Below are positions 1-13,275 of a stretch of 64,000 bases of DNA, piece after piece. The DNA is taken from positions 372,001 to 436,000 of the forward strand of contig NW_021832223.1 in NCBI RefSeq assembly GCF_006345805.1, written 5' to 3'. Position numbers and translations under genes: made by a program. The notes under the pieces are model-generated. The model was not told the DNA's origin. It worked only from the letters and a program-made list of their open reading frames with translations, and searched no databases. This DNA comes from Octopus sinensis (lineage: Eukaryota). Numbering within the stretch: the stretch's first letter is position 1; each line of letters opens with the position of its first letter.

Positions 1-2
1 GT

Positions 3-152
3 GTCCGTGTTTGTATTCAAGTAACAGGAGTGTTTTATGATTTAAGGGATAATGATTTGGGATACTCCGAGTTTATTCAGAAACTTAAGTTCGACAGGAC
101 AAGGTCGTGTCGGTCATACGTGGAGTACATTAATGGACTGGGAGTGGAATAA
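3..152 (+). CDS. Possible last exon of an unidentified host gene running in from the left edge
   Basis: Open frame VRVCIQVTGVFYDLRDNDLGYSEFIQKLKFDRTRSCRSYVEYINGLGVE* followed by an AT-rich tail; G-rich like the 3' ends of other genes here. No family recognised. Confidence 0.3.
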   Translation, partial: VRVCIQVTGVFYDLRDNDLGYSEFIQKLKFDRTRSCRSYVEYINGLGVE

Positions 153-402
153 TCTCTATATTTTTTATTTAAGCTATTAATTTGATATTCCTATTTACCG
201 CGTTTTAATTTATCGGTGTCAGAATAGTGTGAATAATTTATTTCTTTAATTATCAGAGTGATCCTGATTTTTAGTCTGATCTGATAATCAATGGTCCTCA
301 ATTTGCTAGGATCAAAATACTATGAAGTATGTGTGAATTTAGTTACACAAAATATTAAAAGAAACAAAATTTAACTTAAGCTAGACTATTTAATTTAGAT
401 TC

Positions 403-940
403 TCAGTCCCGATTATTGGGAATCTCTCTCCTCCTTTTAGGAGAAGAGCTTGCAACCAATTCCTCCTCACTCTCCATCTCCCCGTCAGATAGATTTTCTA
501 TTTGTCTCATATCTTTCACCGGCGTGTCACGGCAGCATGCCACTTCTGCAAGCTGGTAAGCAGCAGAGGCGTATTCTTCGGCAGATACTCTCACTCCATG
601 TCTGTGCTCAACTGCCATGCTTTCTAGCGTTCTTTTTAAAACAACAGATTGAATATAAGTTCTTGTGGCTTTTTCAATCGATAATTTGTCCATATAGTTT
701 TTGAAGTATCTCGAAACAACGCCATCCCACGTCAAGACAAACGGGATAATCTTTACCTTTGCATCATAAAGTATCGAAAGTTCGTTTGCGAGCAGATCAT
801 ATTTATGAAATTTCTCGATTTCGACTTGTTTAAGGCGATCTTGTGAAGTGATGCCAACTTCGATTATAGTTATCTCTTGTTTAGTTTTGTCATACACGAA
901 GATATCTGGTTTGTTGAATTGAACTTTATTCCGTCATAAT
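403..940 (-). mobile_element. R4/Dong-like (RLE-type) non-LTR retrotransposon 3' end, first half of a copy split by the hAT insertion
   Basis: NKPDIFVYDK...IIEVGITS...EKFHKYDLLANEL...LTWDGVV restriction-like endonuclease motifs; reading continues at 6302. Confidence 0.9.
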
Positions 941-1171
941 TAGGGCAAATTGTTTCTAGCACTTAAAATGATCAAATCTAGCATTTAAAATTGTAAAATC
1001 TATAACTTAAAATAATAAAAATTTATTTATTTATTTAAAAACCAAGAGCACCGTCAGGCCAGAAAACAAGATTAATTAGGTGATCCCGACATTCCCAATC
1101 AGACTACGCATCCTCTCTCTGTGTTCGATATGATCCCCAAGCGCCAAAATAATAAAAATAACATTTAAATT

Positions 1172-1960
1172 TTATTTATTGTAATATAGTAAGAAGTAAT
1201 GCTTGATATTGTCTGGATAGAAGTTTCTATCTTTTTTAAAAATATTTTTCAGCATTTTAATAGCTCTTTCAACGGATGCAGAGGATGCCTGACAGCGTGA
1301 AAGTAAAAAATAATCTTGTTGGCTAATTTTCGGTTCAGTCATCTCAATAATAGGTTTAAATCCGTTTTCCTCCATTCTTTTATTCATATAATTTTTAATA
1401 TTTGCCTTTATTCATATAATTTTTAATATCTCCGTTAATTTCAACTTAATATCGGAATTATTTACATGATGTTTAGCATTTGATACTAAAACTCCATCTG
1501 ACTGAAATGCGTTAACAATTTCACAAATAATATTTCGCTGCTTTAAACCAACTTCCCCATCTGCATAAATTAAAAAAAAGAATACCTAGTAATTACGACA
1601 TCAGGTGGGTATCCAACATCCTTGAACAAATTACGACGTCTTCGGTTTTTTACTGTGGCAGCTTTAATGCTAGCAATTAAGCCATCTATTTCCGGATATG
1701 CAGACTATACGTAAAACCGTATTGTGTACAAATGAGAAAACACAAGTCACATGATGCATGTTGTTATACATGACCATTAAAGTTTTACCGCCTATTTATT
1801 TTGATACTTTTATATCACCAGAAATCATATAAGGAGCGGCATCTGAGATTAACAGATAAAAATTGTCACGAATAATCTTCATTTATCTAATGACGTCATC
1901 TATTATTTGGCAGATGATAGCAGCATTGGCATGACTTTTCAGTGGTTTGCATTCAACCAA
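1172..1960 (-). pseudogene. Disrupted hAT transposase, C-terminal half
   Basis: Motifs LISDAAPYM, HVTC, RWGSWFKAAKYY and ASSASVERAIKMLKNIFKKDRNFYPDNIKHYFLLYYN (dimerisation region); stops and frameshifts present. Confidence 0.8.
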
Positions 1961-2040
1961 ATAGGATTTTGTTGGAAAGCGAGTGCTAAATTATTTTATT
2001 TAAATTAATTTATTGTCATTTTATGGGTAGCATTAAAAAA

Positions 2041-5000
2041 TAAAAAATTTCTTGTGGTGTACGGATGGTTGGTTTACAAAATGGAATAACCATATCTATG
2101 GACGCATCTACTCAAAATAATAGTGAAAATTGTAATGGAAGAGTGGATTTAAATGTTCATGGCCGTCCTTATTTCTCCGGAAATTCACTCACTGGACCTC
2201 CCCAGCAGATATCGACAAGTCTGCTACCTCTGAAAGCTTTGTGTGACTCTGTCAACTCTTCGAATCCTGGTGAATGGGTGACTCAGCTCTTCGGGCTTGT
2301 CAAAGATCGGTTTAAGCGGATGCCTAGAGGAGGATGGCCTTTGACTGTGGATTACTTCAATCTGAAGTTTGGGAAGAAGAAATCAATATCTGAACTAAAG
2401 AGGCTTATTGCTTCATTTAGAAATAATGCTTCAGTAAGAGATAACGCTAGGAATGATGCCTCCAGCAACGATAAAGGTGGCACCAATCTAACCTTATATA
2501 CTAAATGCTATGAAGAATTGTTGATTCAGATTGAAGAAAATAGTTCAATACCTTTTGAAGAAAGAATGCCTACTCCGAAAGTCCCTGCTCAATATATTAA
2601 TCATCTTGTTATCGATTTGATTAACAGGGCTTTGATCCAATATACATCAGATAATCCCCCAAAATCGATTAATGACATTTCTACTTTGATATATTCCTCA
2701 CAATGCACTTATCATCGAATTACAAAGAAAGAATTTTCACCATCAAACTGGGTGGACAATGTGAAAAGGAAGATTGAGTCTTTAACTGAAAATGAGTCTA
2801 TCATTACAAAGTTTTTTACCTCAACAGTAAGTGATGAGGAGAAGAAGAAAGCAACGGATATTCTTTGCTCTTTTAATTATAAAAAATTGAAAAATGGTGA
2901 ATTTGAAAGAATTTCGACAGCCATAAATGATAAAATTAAAATTCTCATGAAGAAAGTGAATATTTCTGATTCAAGAAGACAGTTCAGGAAGGATAACAGA
3001 AATTTTGAGTTGTATAGAAAATCCTTTTATAGGAGACTCAATTCTACCATCCAACATAATGAGTGTATTGACACTGACCGTTGCTTGAAGTTTTGGACTA
3101 ATGTATGGAAAAAAAGAGATATAAGTGAGTATCAATTGGGTGTGAATAGAAGAGTCACTGGTGCCGAATATCACGAACCTGATGTTAATGACACCTTCAT
3201 TTTAAACATTATCGAATTTCTCCCCAACTGGAAAGCTCCTGGCTGCGATGGAGTTTACAACTTCTTCATTAAAAAATTGGACTCCCTACATAAATTTCTA
3301 TTTGATGAGATCAGAAATATCATTACTGGAAGCAGTCAACCTCAGAGTTGGTTTTATACCGGGATAACTTATCTTATTCCGAAAAAGGATAATTCCACTG
3401 AAGCCGGTGATTTCAGACCAATTACCTGTATGCCGTGCCTTTATAAACTCGTCACAAAGTGTGTAAATGAGAAAATTGCTGAGTATGTGGAAGTATACGA
3501 TCTAATCTCTGAGTGTCAACTTGGCACTAAGAGGCATTGTCAAGGTGCAAAGGAGCAAGCACTTATTAACTGTTGTGTGTGAACAGGTCACATGAGTACA
3601 AATTATTTTCTTCATGGGTAGACGTAAAAAAAGCCTTTGACTCAATCAATCACGAATTCCTTGCAGTTATTCTGAAAAACTCAGGGCTTCCTGAATGGAT
3701 AACAAAGTTTGTAATGTCAATAATTCCAAATTGGAAGGTCTCCCTCAAATTAGGAAAGCAGCATCTAGGAATTGTTAACATAGAACGTGGAATACTCCAA
3801 GGAGATTCCCTGTCTCCTCAGTTGTTCATTTTGACTTTGGATCCGTTGAGCAGATTGTTATCGGCTAAATACCCAAATTTATCAGTCAATACCAATCAAG
3901 AAAATTCAGTGTTTTTTTCTACGAACCATTTTTTGTTCATTGATGATTTGAAACTGCTCGCCAAAGATGAGGTCACACTCGGGTGTATGATGAAAGACGT
4001 GGATTTATTTTTTAAAGCTTCGGGTTTGGAAAAGAATTGTGAGAAGTCGGCAACGAATAGTTGTTTTTGAGAAATGATGCCAAACTGTTGGATGGACTGG
4101 ATAGTTACCGTTATTTGGGGTGTATTGGAAAATAAGTTTAGTCAGGTTGTTAAAGAAGAAGTTTTGAAAAATTTACGGATTGAGGTTCAACAACGTATCG
4201 AAAGATTGTCGAAGACGAAACTAAATTCGGTGAATTTGTTTAAGGCAATTAATGAACATGCCTTATCTTTGTACAATTATTATATCGGCCTTCTGGATTT
4301 GGAACCGTCCGTTTTTGATGAAATTGACAAATTTGTCAGGAAGCTGTTAATGGATCTAAATATTCATATGAAACCAGCCTGTAAGGAAAGGCTATATTTG
4401 CCGAGGGATAAACTTGGAAGAGGGCTTGCCTCGATTACCTTCAGGTCGGAAAAAAATGCTGTTTGACTTTCGTGAAAATCTGGAGAGGCGAAAGTTAATC
4501 TCCCAAGAAAGGCAGCAATTCTGTGGGCCGAGCAGAAAAGAAAATCCCATATGGCCACGATCACAGAATTCCTGCATTGTAAATATGGAACGAACACCCA
4601 AGAAGAGATAACCAAATCACTGAATAGATTGCAGATTGATTCCTTACTGTCCAATATCAAGAAGAAAAACACTTCACTCGAAGCTATTTGAATCCCTTGA
4701 TGATAACAATTTTGATATTCTATCGTCTTCAACATGGCTTAAGAAAGGAAATATATCTCCTAAATCTGAAGCTATGTTTTCATTTCTTCAAGACAGGAAT
4801 ATTTTTTTCAGAGACCCTAATTCAAAATGTCCACACTGTAAATCTTTCAATAAGACAGTTGATCACATGGCAACTCAACAGGATGCTTAATTCGGATTAT
4901 ACAAGAAGACACAATGAAATTGTGAAATGCATCCACATGCACTTGTGCCGTAGATTTGGATTCAAAAAATCCAGAAGACTGAAAAATTACTCTGTCCAGA

Positions 5001-5622
5001 GTATTATGTGCAACACCTTGGCAGAAATACGAGTTGATACAACAATTCCAACAGAGTTGAAAATACAATATAACAAACCTGACATTTTCCTCTACGACAA
5101 AAAAGAGAGCCTAATATGGCTTATTGAAGTGGGTGTGACTTCAATAGATAACCTAAAGAGTGTGGAAGTAGAAAAACTGCACAAATACGACATTTTAGCT
5201 AGTGAATTACAACTGATTCACAAGGCTAAGGTGAAGATTGTGCCAATTGTCATTACGTGGGATGGAATCGTTTCAACAATCTACCGCAAGTACATGGAGC
5301 TCCTTGGGATTGAAGAACGTGTTCGGTCTTACATCCAGACTGTAACGCTGAAGGCCACTCTGGAGAGCATGTTTGTCGAGTACAAACATGGCTTCAGTGA
5401 AATTCTGGACTCTGCAAATTCCGTAAATAGGGACTGGCGGAAATATAATTTCTCTATGAAGATCAGCAAGTCCCTTAAGAGGCCCAGAGACTGCACGCCC
5501 CACGAGGAGATTGAGGATCATGGCGGAGAAGATCAAAGTGGAGTTATGGGGAACTCGGGAAGCAAAAATTTGAGAGTCGTCTAATTATTAAAAATAATTT
5601 TAATTAGCATGATTTGATTTGT
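2041..5622 (+). mobile_element. Near full-length R4/Dong-like non-LTR retrotransposon (RT + CCHC + RLE), frameshifted
   Basis: ORF pieces 2065-5584 carry LPNWKAPGCDG, FRPITC, DVKKAFDS, GILQGDSLSP, FIDD, CPHC...H, RHNEIV, IEVGVTS...KYD; 17 bp TSD TGGGTAGCATTAAAAAA at 2024-2040 and 5623-5639. Confidence 0.95.
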
Positions 5623-5715
5623 TGGGTAGCATTAAAAAAATTTTAAATGCAATTTAAATTAGCATTCAAAAAAAATTAGCATTCAAAATTAAAAATAGCA
5701 TTTATAGCATTTTTT
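5600..5715. repeat. TAGCAT(T) subterminal repeats of the hAT element
   Basis: About six TAGCAT(T) motifs in ~115 bp; related TAGCA(T/C)TT motifs near both TIRs (957-990, 6275-6290). Confidence 0.65.
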
Positions 5716-5745
5716 TATCAATAACGTGTAATTAACAAATAGTTA

Positions 5746-6200
5746 TTAACTAACTAAATTCCCGGCATCGTAAATGGAAACACAGTTTCCACGTACTATG
5801 GCCAAGGAAATCCTTTCGAAAAGCCACTTGGACTCGCGTGGGTCTCCCCGTTTATGGGAGATCATGCGGCCAAGCTTTTTTAGAAAGGAAAGAGACTTTT
5901 CGCCGATGACGCCGGAAGTCTCGACGGCGATGGGAGTGAACAGATACCGTTCAGAGAGCTCCTTGTACTTTCCAATCTTCATCTTCTCAGTTTTGCGAGA
6001 GACTGAGCCAGGCTCGACAGCTGAAGAAGGAAGGTTGAGCTCCGAGAAAGTGTCTGAACACGTCGCATCCCATAACAGAGACTTGCCGAACTTAAATGGG
6101 AAAGTCGATAGGCCGTCGGGTCTTTTTCCGTCTCCCCTCGCAAGCCCAACGGGTTCAAGGATTGATGGAATCCCAGCGGCCGTGAGCATTTATAATGTAT
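5746..6200 (-). mobile_element. CRE-clade non-LTR retrotransposon, 5'-truncated RLE end
   Basis: LEPVGLARGDGKRPDG...WDATCSDT...PIAVETSG...ERISLAIVRGN. Confidence 0.9.
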
Positions 6201-6301
6201 GTTTTTTTTAACAAAATTAAAAAATAATCATTCCAAATTCAATTTTATATTAAAAAAAATATAAAAAGTAAAAATAGCATTTTAGCACTTAAATTGCCCT
6301 A

Positions 6302-6570
6302 GTCATAATTGACATATCGACTCGGATTTCAACATTCTGCGTCGATATTAAGTTGCTACGAATTTGACATTCACGTCTTTGCTGCATGCCAGTTTAATAA
6401 GTTAACCAGTCGCAAAGGGCATTTACTTATTTTAATCCCGTGCTTGTGTTTAATGAACATACTTTCGAGAATTCTTTTTAGTCAAACAGATTTGATGAAA
6501 GTTCTCGTTGCTTTTTCAATGGTTATTTTATCTATGTAATTTTTAAAGCATTTAAAAGCAACGCCATCCC
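6302..6570 (-). mobile_element. R4/Dong-like element, upstream continuation of the 403-940 copy
   Basis: Minus strand reads ...NLISTQNVEIRVDMSIMT, which joins KVQFNKPDIFVYD across the hAT TSD. Confidence 0.85.
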
Positions 6571-6949
6571 ACGATTCAAAAAAATAATTTTAATTATATT
6601 ATAATAAAATATTTGTGTTAATTTTATTTGGAAAACCTAATGTAATCAGATAACCACTTTGTTTTGTTGTGGTGCATTGTTTTTCTAATTTAGTTCTATT
6701 CTTTTATATTAATAGTTGAAATTTGTATTAAAATTGATTAAATATATTGTTGGCTTACAGAATTTCTTATAATATTCGATATTCTGTAGTTGAATTGGGT
6801 TTATTTTCACAATAATTTAATTTTCTAAACTTTATGGATTTTTCAACTAAACCCCATTTTTGCCTATTTCTATATTTATTAAAATTTTACTGTATCAAAA
6901 TTCAGTAATCTTGATTATTTCTACTTTTTTGTTTTTTTTCCATTCTTAT

Positions 6950-7290
6950 TTATTTAGTCTTATCTTTGTCTTGAGAGAAACATCCTTGCTACTCCAGATC
7001 CGATTCAGTCTTATCATCGTACTCTTGCACATAGCCATCCGTCTATTAATTTCTGAGACACCAAGACCACGATAAGAGTCAAACAAAAGTCACGTGATCC
7101 CGATGGAATGGGAACTTTCCTGGTGACAACTTCTCTTTTAATCTTCACCGCTATCGGGCTGTGATCGCTTCTCGTTTCATATAAGACTGACCACTCCTTA
7201 GATGATGCGAGAGAAGGAGAGCATACATCGGGTGACGTAGGTTTGTCGGTCCCTCTGAATGGGGTTCTTGTGTTTCTCGATGGGTCGTTC
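6950..7290 (-). mobile_element. Degenerate APE endonuclease remnant of a LINE
   Basis: LNDPSRNTRTPFRGTDKPTSPDV...WSVLYETRSDHSPI resembles the APE C-terminal motifs. Confidence 0.6.
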
Positions 7291-7419
7291 AGGATAGTTA
7301 AGTTTTATTTAAAATTATTTTTTGGACACAAAGAATTTTTTTATTATTTGGGTTTCCTGTGGAGATATTGTGTCGCGTCCCACACGAGCTACCGATCCCA
7401 TGGCTACATAGAGAAGAAG

Positions 7420-7800
7420 AATAGAATAGTATTTATTGACCGAAAAGAAAAACAAGGGAGAAATCATTAACGGGGAGATAAAAACAAGGCACCGAAGTGT
7501 CTCTTTCCATGCGTATCCCCAATTGTAGTCATAGTTGACAACAATTCTCCAAGACCATCCGGATCGTGGACACAGAGGATTCTTGTGAGTCTTTTAAACT
7601 TCCGTCAAGTTGTACTCCGTACCGTACCAGCCCTCGTAGCCATATGTGAGGACTGGCTGCACACACGTTTTGTATACGTAGATGTACGTTTCCGGATCCA
7701 GATGGAACCTGGTTAAGCTTTTGAGGATCCTCACATTCCTCTTTCTCTGATTTGCTATATGATCTGCGTACGAGCCACGACAGTTGATGGTTGCTCCCAC
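7420..7800 (-). mobile_element. 3' end of the Jockey/I-like LINE family (copy 2, internally deleted)
   Basis: Reverse-complement match to 49020-49470, including the (CTATT)n tail. Confidence 0.9.
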
Positions 7801-8900
7801 TTCTTACAACGTCGTTGAGAGCTGAATGCCTCGGGAATCTATTAGCGCTTTTTCGACAGGAAAGAGGGTGGAGTCCAAATTGATCAATCGATGCACTACA
7901 GCGGCATTTGTGTGGTTCACAAACTTTGAAACCGATACGTAGACAGATACCAACTCGCAGTGTGTCAGAATCCAAGAGAGTCCCCAAGCTTCCCATCGGG
8001 AAGGCTTCCAATTATTCTCCACTCCCCGTGGACCTCCCGACAAGCAAACAGGCTCTACGATGTTGATTCGATGTCTTTAGGAGACTCTCGAACTAACCTT
8101 TGCACACAATCTTGTCATAACTCTTCTGTAAGGAGAAGTCCCACGGCAACTTCGATTCGTTTGCGCTCCAACTGTCAAAGTAGGCAGTCATCTTAGGTAT
8201 TGAAGATTCTGGGAGGAGATGGAGAATATCTGAACCAGAGTTTGACTGCTGTACAGTGAAGACAGGAATGCTGGGCGGGACACATCGATAGGATTTCGGA
8301 TGCCAAGACCTCCAAAGGAGACAGGAAGGGAAGCTTGTTTCCAGCCTTGATCGTCGAATTTGATGTTTATGATGCGTTCAGTTGTTTTCCGGAAAAGGAC
8401 ATTAATAGAATGAAGTTGATCATTTTCTAAGAAGCAGGGTGACCCTCGTAGCACATGATTTAATTTTTGGATGCCAAGGGCATTTTTGAGCAGGAAGAAG
8501 GCTGTATGTGGGTCCAACAAATTAAGACGAACAAAAGTCTTTTCCAGTAGCATTTCCTTAGTTTCAAGAGCGTCCTTGATTCCACTATCTGTCAATGGGC
8601 AGCCTAATATCTCCAGACTGATACTAGGCGTGATGGACGCTCCGGGAATTATCTCACTGAAAGAGGAAACAATAACCTCGAATTCATCACGACGGAACCC
8701 AAAATTAATGATTTCACTTTTTGAAGTGTTCAGTATAAGACCAACGCATTCAAGTCTCGGAATTAGGTCAACGAGCGTCTTGAAGACAATGCTTCCTCAA
8801 GTGTATTGGACGTCTCAAGATCTTGAGAACACACAATCCTCTGGAGATGGCTCCTCCAGAACGTGTCCCAAGCAATAGTGAGGGGAAACAGGATCGCCAT
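7801..8900 (-). mobile_element. CRE-clade RT/thumb/zinc-knuckle remnant
   Basis: GDPVSP, GLILNTSKSEI, WKQASLPVSFGGLGIR, CEPHKCRC...HPLSCRKSANRFPRHSALND; frameshifted. Confidence 0.85.
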
Positions 8901-9842
8901 CAGTTCTTCTTCTTTACATACAACTTTGATGCAATACCATTGTATATGTACATAAAAAAATTTCATTGGTTTCTAATCAATGATCGATTTAACAATAAAA
9001 AATTTATTAAATACACTGTGCCCCGGACATATCGGATGGAAGGGGTAGGTTAGCATCGGTCCAGAAATTCGATAAAACGTCAGCCCGCGAGTCCGATCAG
9101 AGTTTATTATAAAAGAGTAGAATCTCATTGGCCAGGTGACGGCTGCTGCAGATCGAAGAAAAATATGCTTGGGGGGCCTTTGTCGAGCGAAGTCCAATAC
9201 ATCCAAACCTGACGGGAAGTTTCCTCTGTCTCTATCCGATGTCGTCAAATTTTACGTTGAGAATTGATTCGGCTGTGGATCTCAAAGGGATTCAAGATGT
9301 CAGGCTGAGAGAAGCATGGTAGGCAACGTAGAGTGAAAAAAAATCTTGGCATATGGATGCTGCTTTTCAGCAGAAAAAAGGCATTATGTGAGTCGAGCAT
9401 CAGCAGTCTTTTAGTAAGCCAGCAGAATTAGCGGTCTTTGTTGACTAGATGGTTTCGAAGACCTGCTGGTCCGAGTGGGCTATAAGGTCTGCTTGAAGTC
9501 GTTTATTTGGTCTTTTGGCAATCACATGGAATTTAGAATCAGAAACCTGCTATTAATTTTATAACTTAAGTGGAATAGAAAACTTGCAAATTAAGCATTT
9601 TTTGACAATTCGTTTAATAATTTTCCATTTTATTTTAAAATAAGAATGTAAACATTCCTGTTGCAGTTTACAAATTCCAGAATGGCTATTCCAATGAATA
9701 AAATTTGCAATAGTTTGTATTTATTCTTTAGAGTAGTGTTTCTTGAGGTTTTATATCATTGGAACTAAGTTGGGTGCATTTCTCAGAAAACATTTGCAAA
9801 TAACTAATTTGTGCTTTTGAAATCTTTCGTCTTTGAGGTATA

Positions 9843-10027
9843 TAGAATAGAATAGTGTTTATTGACCGAAAAGAAAAAGAAAAACAAGGAAGAAATCATC
9901 AACGGGGAGATAAAAACAAGGCACCGAAGTGTCTCTTTCCATGCGTATCCCCAATTGTAGTCATAGTTGACAACGATTTTCCAAGACCATCCGGATCGTG
10001 GGCACAGAGGATTCTTGTGAGTCTTTT
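9843..10027 (-). mobile_element. 3' tip of the Jockey/I-like LINE family (copy 3)
   Basis: Near-identical to 7420-7595 and to the reverse complement of 49290-49470. Confidence 0.9.
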
Positions 10028-10190
10028 ATTCCTTCGGTCGTTTGATTTTGAAGAGATCTTCGATTCTACCAACGATAGGAGCTGGGTCGCCGCCTTTCCG
10101 ACGATTCCAAAGGTTTCAAATGCGAGGGGGACGAATTCGAAAGCGTCAAAAATATTTGTACTCTATCCTCTTCTTTTTCTGCCTGCACAT
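10028..10190 (-). mobile_element. CRE RLE fragment
   Basis: FEFVPLAFETFGIVGKAATQLLSLVESKISSKSNDR. Confidence 0.65.
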
Positions 10191-10249
10191 CTTATTTAAA
10201 TTTAAAATGGGAAATTTATATTAACAGGTTTTCATTTCAAAGTTCACTT

Positions 10250-10758
10250 GCCAATTTTGGGATCAAGCCAAAAGATGACTATTAACTGAATAATCAATCA
10301 CGAATTTAAATTAAAATAATCATTTAATGTTATTTTTGTAGCAAACATTGTATTTTCAAATAATAGATTGATCATTTGAATTGCCATATCCATATTCAAT
10401 TTTCTAAAGAATTTCATTAAATTTGAAATCTAGTTTTAAAAGAATGATTTATTCCTTGATCCACCGGCTGCAATATTAATTAAAAGAATATTTATTTTTT
10501 TAATTTCATATCCCAATGATAATTAGAAAATTGCATTGTCATCAAGAAATCCTTCAGCTAATTTTATTTTCTCTAGCCTCTAGATAAAATTTCCAAATCT
10601 AGTGGAGGGAATTTTCCTTAAGATAAGCGACTTTTTCCCAAAATTGGATTAATAAAGGGTATTTAACTGAATTTTTTATAAAAACTATTTTCCGTAAAAA
10701 AGTGGCGACTAACTGAGATGATGAGTAAGTAGGGTGGCAACTATTCGGGGTTTGACTG
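10250..10758 (-). mobile_element. pogo/Tigger remnant with one TIR
   Basis: Minus strand begins TA|CAGTCAAACCCCGAATA; contains DNA...LQPVDQGINHSFK, a pogo DDE motif. Confidence 0.75.
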
Positions 10759-11599
10759 TACTACAATTTTAAAGAAATATGAGTCTTTTGGAAAGTAAAA
10801 TCATTATATTATAAAAAAGCATTAATTAAAACTTGCATTATTTACAATATCATGAGTACTAACATTATTCAAATGTATTGATTGAAAACAATTCTCAAGT
10901 TTCTCAATTTTTCACAAAATTTCGATTGAAAAAATAAAATAAGATTATCGATGAACACATCCTTCTTGTGAAAGATTCAATATTATTCATTTTAATCAAA
11001 TATGAACCATTTTTGTTTTACAAACACGAGAGATAATACAAATAAAGGAAATTAACATTATCATCCCACTTAAATAGAATATCAAAATTTTGATTAAACC
11101 AAACACATGAAAATGATTGGAATAGAACCAAAAAATGCCAAGAGAATTAGGAGAGTAAACTTACATGGAAGACAGTAACTGAAACTATTCACGACAATAG
11201 TTTTCAATATTTTGAAGACAGCTCTAATTGAAGGCAGGGAACTAAGTCTTTGTAGGTACAGTCTGATGGTATTAGAAATATAATTGGTCAGTTTCTACAC
11301 ATAAAAACGAATACAAATAAACTTATTTTTTTTCAACAAACCGGACAAAATCTACGACAAAGAACACAGACGTTATACCCCTTTTTATAGATTTTTCAGT
11401 TTGTTGAAGTTCACAGAGAGGATGTTACATTTTAGCGTCTAAATAAACGTGGGTGATTGACATGGGAACAGTGTCAATGAGAGGAGAAATTAATTTTTGT
11501 TTTACATAATGGCTACTTTTTCGTGTTAAGTAATGACTTGGACTACAAGAAAGCATGGTTCAAATCGAGGAATTTGTAGTTTTGTGGAATTTTGTGAGT

Positions 11600-12165
11600 A
11601 TTTTAAAGAACAGTGTATCCTTAGATTACTCTTTAAAAATACAATCTTGTAAGCAAGCAGGAGCAACGTTCATTAACATAAGAATCAGTCATAACATTCA
11701 ATGCTTGTCTGGACTCTTCATCAGCTATCTTTATTCCCTGTTTGTGCTCAATTAGCTTGCTTGCAAAAGTGCCTTATAGGATAACTGATTAGATAAAAAT
11801 CCTCGTTGTTTCTTCAACAGATAGTTTATTTATACAATTATTATAGAATGTTGTGACAACTCCATCATAACTAGCGGGATAACTTGGGATTTGTCCACTA
11901 AAAATTGTTTATTTTTTGGAAAGTTATTTTATTCTTTATCTTAAGTTTGTTCAATTGTATTTTCATTTCATTCGACTTTCATTTTAACTTTTGTGTTGGC
12001 AATTTAAACTGAACAGAACAACCTTCTTGTTTTTTGATTCCATAGATTTGACACAGCTGAGTATACTTTATAACTTGATTGTTTCTTATGAGGTAATCAC
12101 TGTTTAACATTTTTCTGATTGGCCAAATAGTCAAAGGATTTTTGGTGGCCTGACCACACACTATA
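11600..12165 (-). mobile_element. R4/Dong-like 3' remnant
   Basis: KMLNSDYLIRNNQVIK and IPLV..DGVVTTFY-like segments, degenerate. Confidence 0.7.
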
Positions 12166-12470
12166 AATAGTGAATTCCAATAGGCAGGTTTTTAAAAGCT
12201 ATTTCTTCATAAAAGTCTTTCATTCGAAAATGTAATAATTCCATATTAAGTGCAGGAGTTTAAATTAAGTAGGTGCCGCTCAAAATCAGTATCTGAAAAA
12301 GTAATTTTATTGATTGGTTTCATCTTAATTACCTGATTTCTACGTCATATATTAATTGTTGTTTTGTTTTTTAAAAATTCTAAGTGGGCGTAACTTTTGA
12401 ATACTAAAATGAATAATTCGTGGTTAAAAATATTTTTCCAAATTCTCAACTGAATTATTCAAATTATAAA

Positions 12471-13275
12471 ATGAATAAATTAAATACTAAATATTTGCCC
12501 ATATTTGCTGCTATAACTGGATTTCTAGCAATCTTTTCAACAATTATATGGGAAATAAAAGACACACCAAAGAACACGTTTGCCTCTATTCCGTATATTA
12601 GGTAAGTAAATTAAAATATATATTAAAGTGACATATATAGGGATAGACCTCATAGTTCTTTGTTTTCGTTATTTATGAACATATCAATCATACTTGGTTT
12701 AGTATTATTTTCATTTTAGTGACCATAATTTATTTTATACAGTTGTTGAATAATCGAAGAAAGTTAAAATTAATGGGAAAAAGGCAAATCATAAACAATA
12801 TCTTTGGAACATTATTTTTTATGTCTGTGATTGGATTTGTGATTGTGGTCAATTTCCAGGCAACTATATTGGTAAAAGTAATCAATTAGTCCAAACCATT
12901 GCCAATTGTGCACACTACTGGAGCCTTTTTAGGTTTTATCTTATGCACTATAATCCATGTCCTGTTCTCAATTATTTCTCAATTACTTGGTTCACGGTAC
13001 ACATCTAAAATGATTTTGATCACGAGGTGGATAATTTCATTTATATCAGTCTCTTCACTTATATTATGTTTTATGTAAATAATAACATTTAGACATTTGT
13101 CTGGAGTTTATAGCTAACGGGAATAATGTATTTTAATGTTATTTATAACTAGACAATTGAAAGTGTATCGGCTTTTTTTGAATGGGTTTTATTTTTTACT
13201 ATTTACACTTTCGTTTTGACTTTTTTACCAGAAATGACAAAAATATCAATTGAATTGAAGTTTGAATCTGACTAG
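12471..13275 (+). CDS. DRAM/TMEM150 (Frag1/DRAM/Sfk1) family multi-pass membrane protein, 224 aa, 5 introns
   Basis: Introns of 27, 23, 30 (GC-AG), 25 and 25 nt give an open frame with PYISD, VNFQ...VHTTGAFL and SAFFEW...TFLPEMTKISI, matching DRAM motifs. Confidence 0.85.

Larger units (their letters stand above)
941..6301 (-). mobile_element. hAT DNA transposon (CGGBP1-like transposase family), internally deleted, with nested retroelements
   Basis: TIRs TAGGGCAAATT (941-951) and TAGGGCAATTT (reverse complement of 6291-6301); 8 bp TSD GTCATAAT at 933-940 and 6302-6309. Confidence 0.92.

Noticed and set aside
8973-9550. GC-richer stretch, possibly the 5' part of the adjacent CRE element
   Set aside because: No diagnostic motif could be read.
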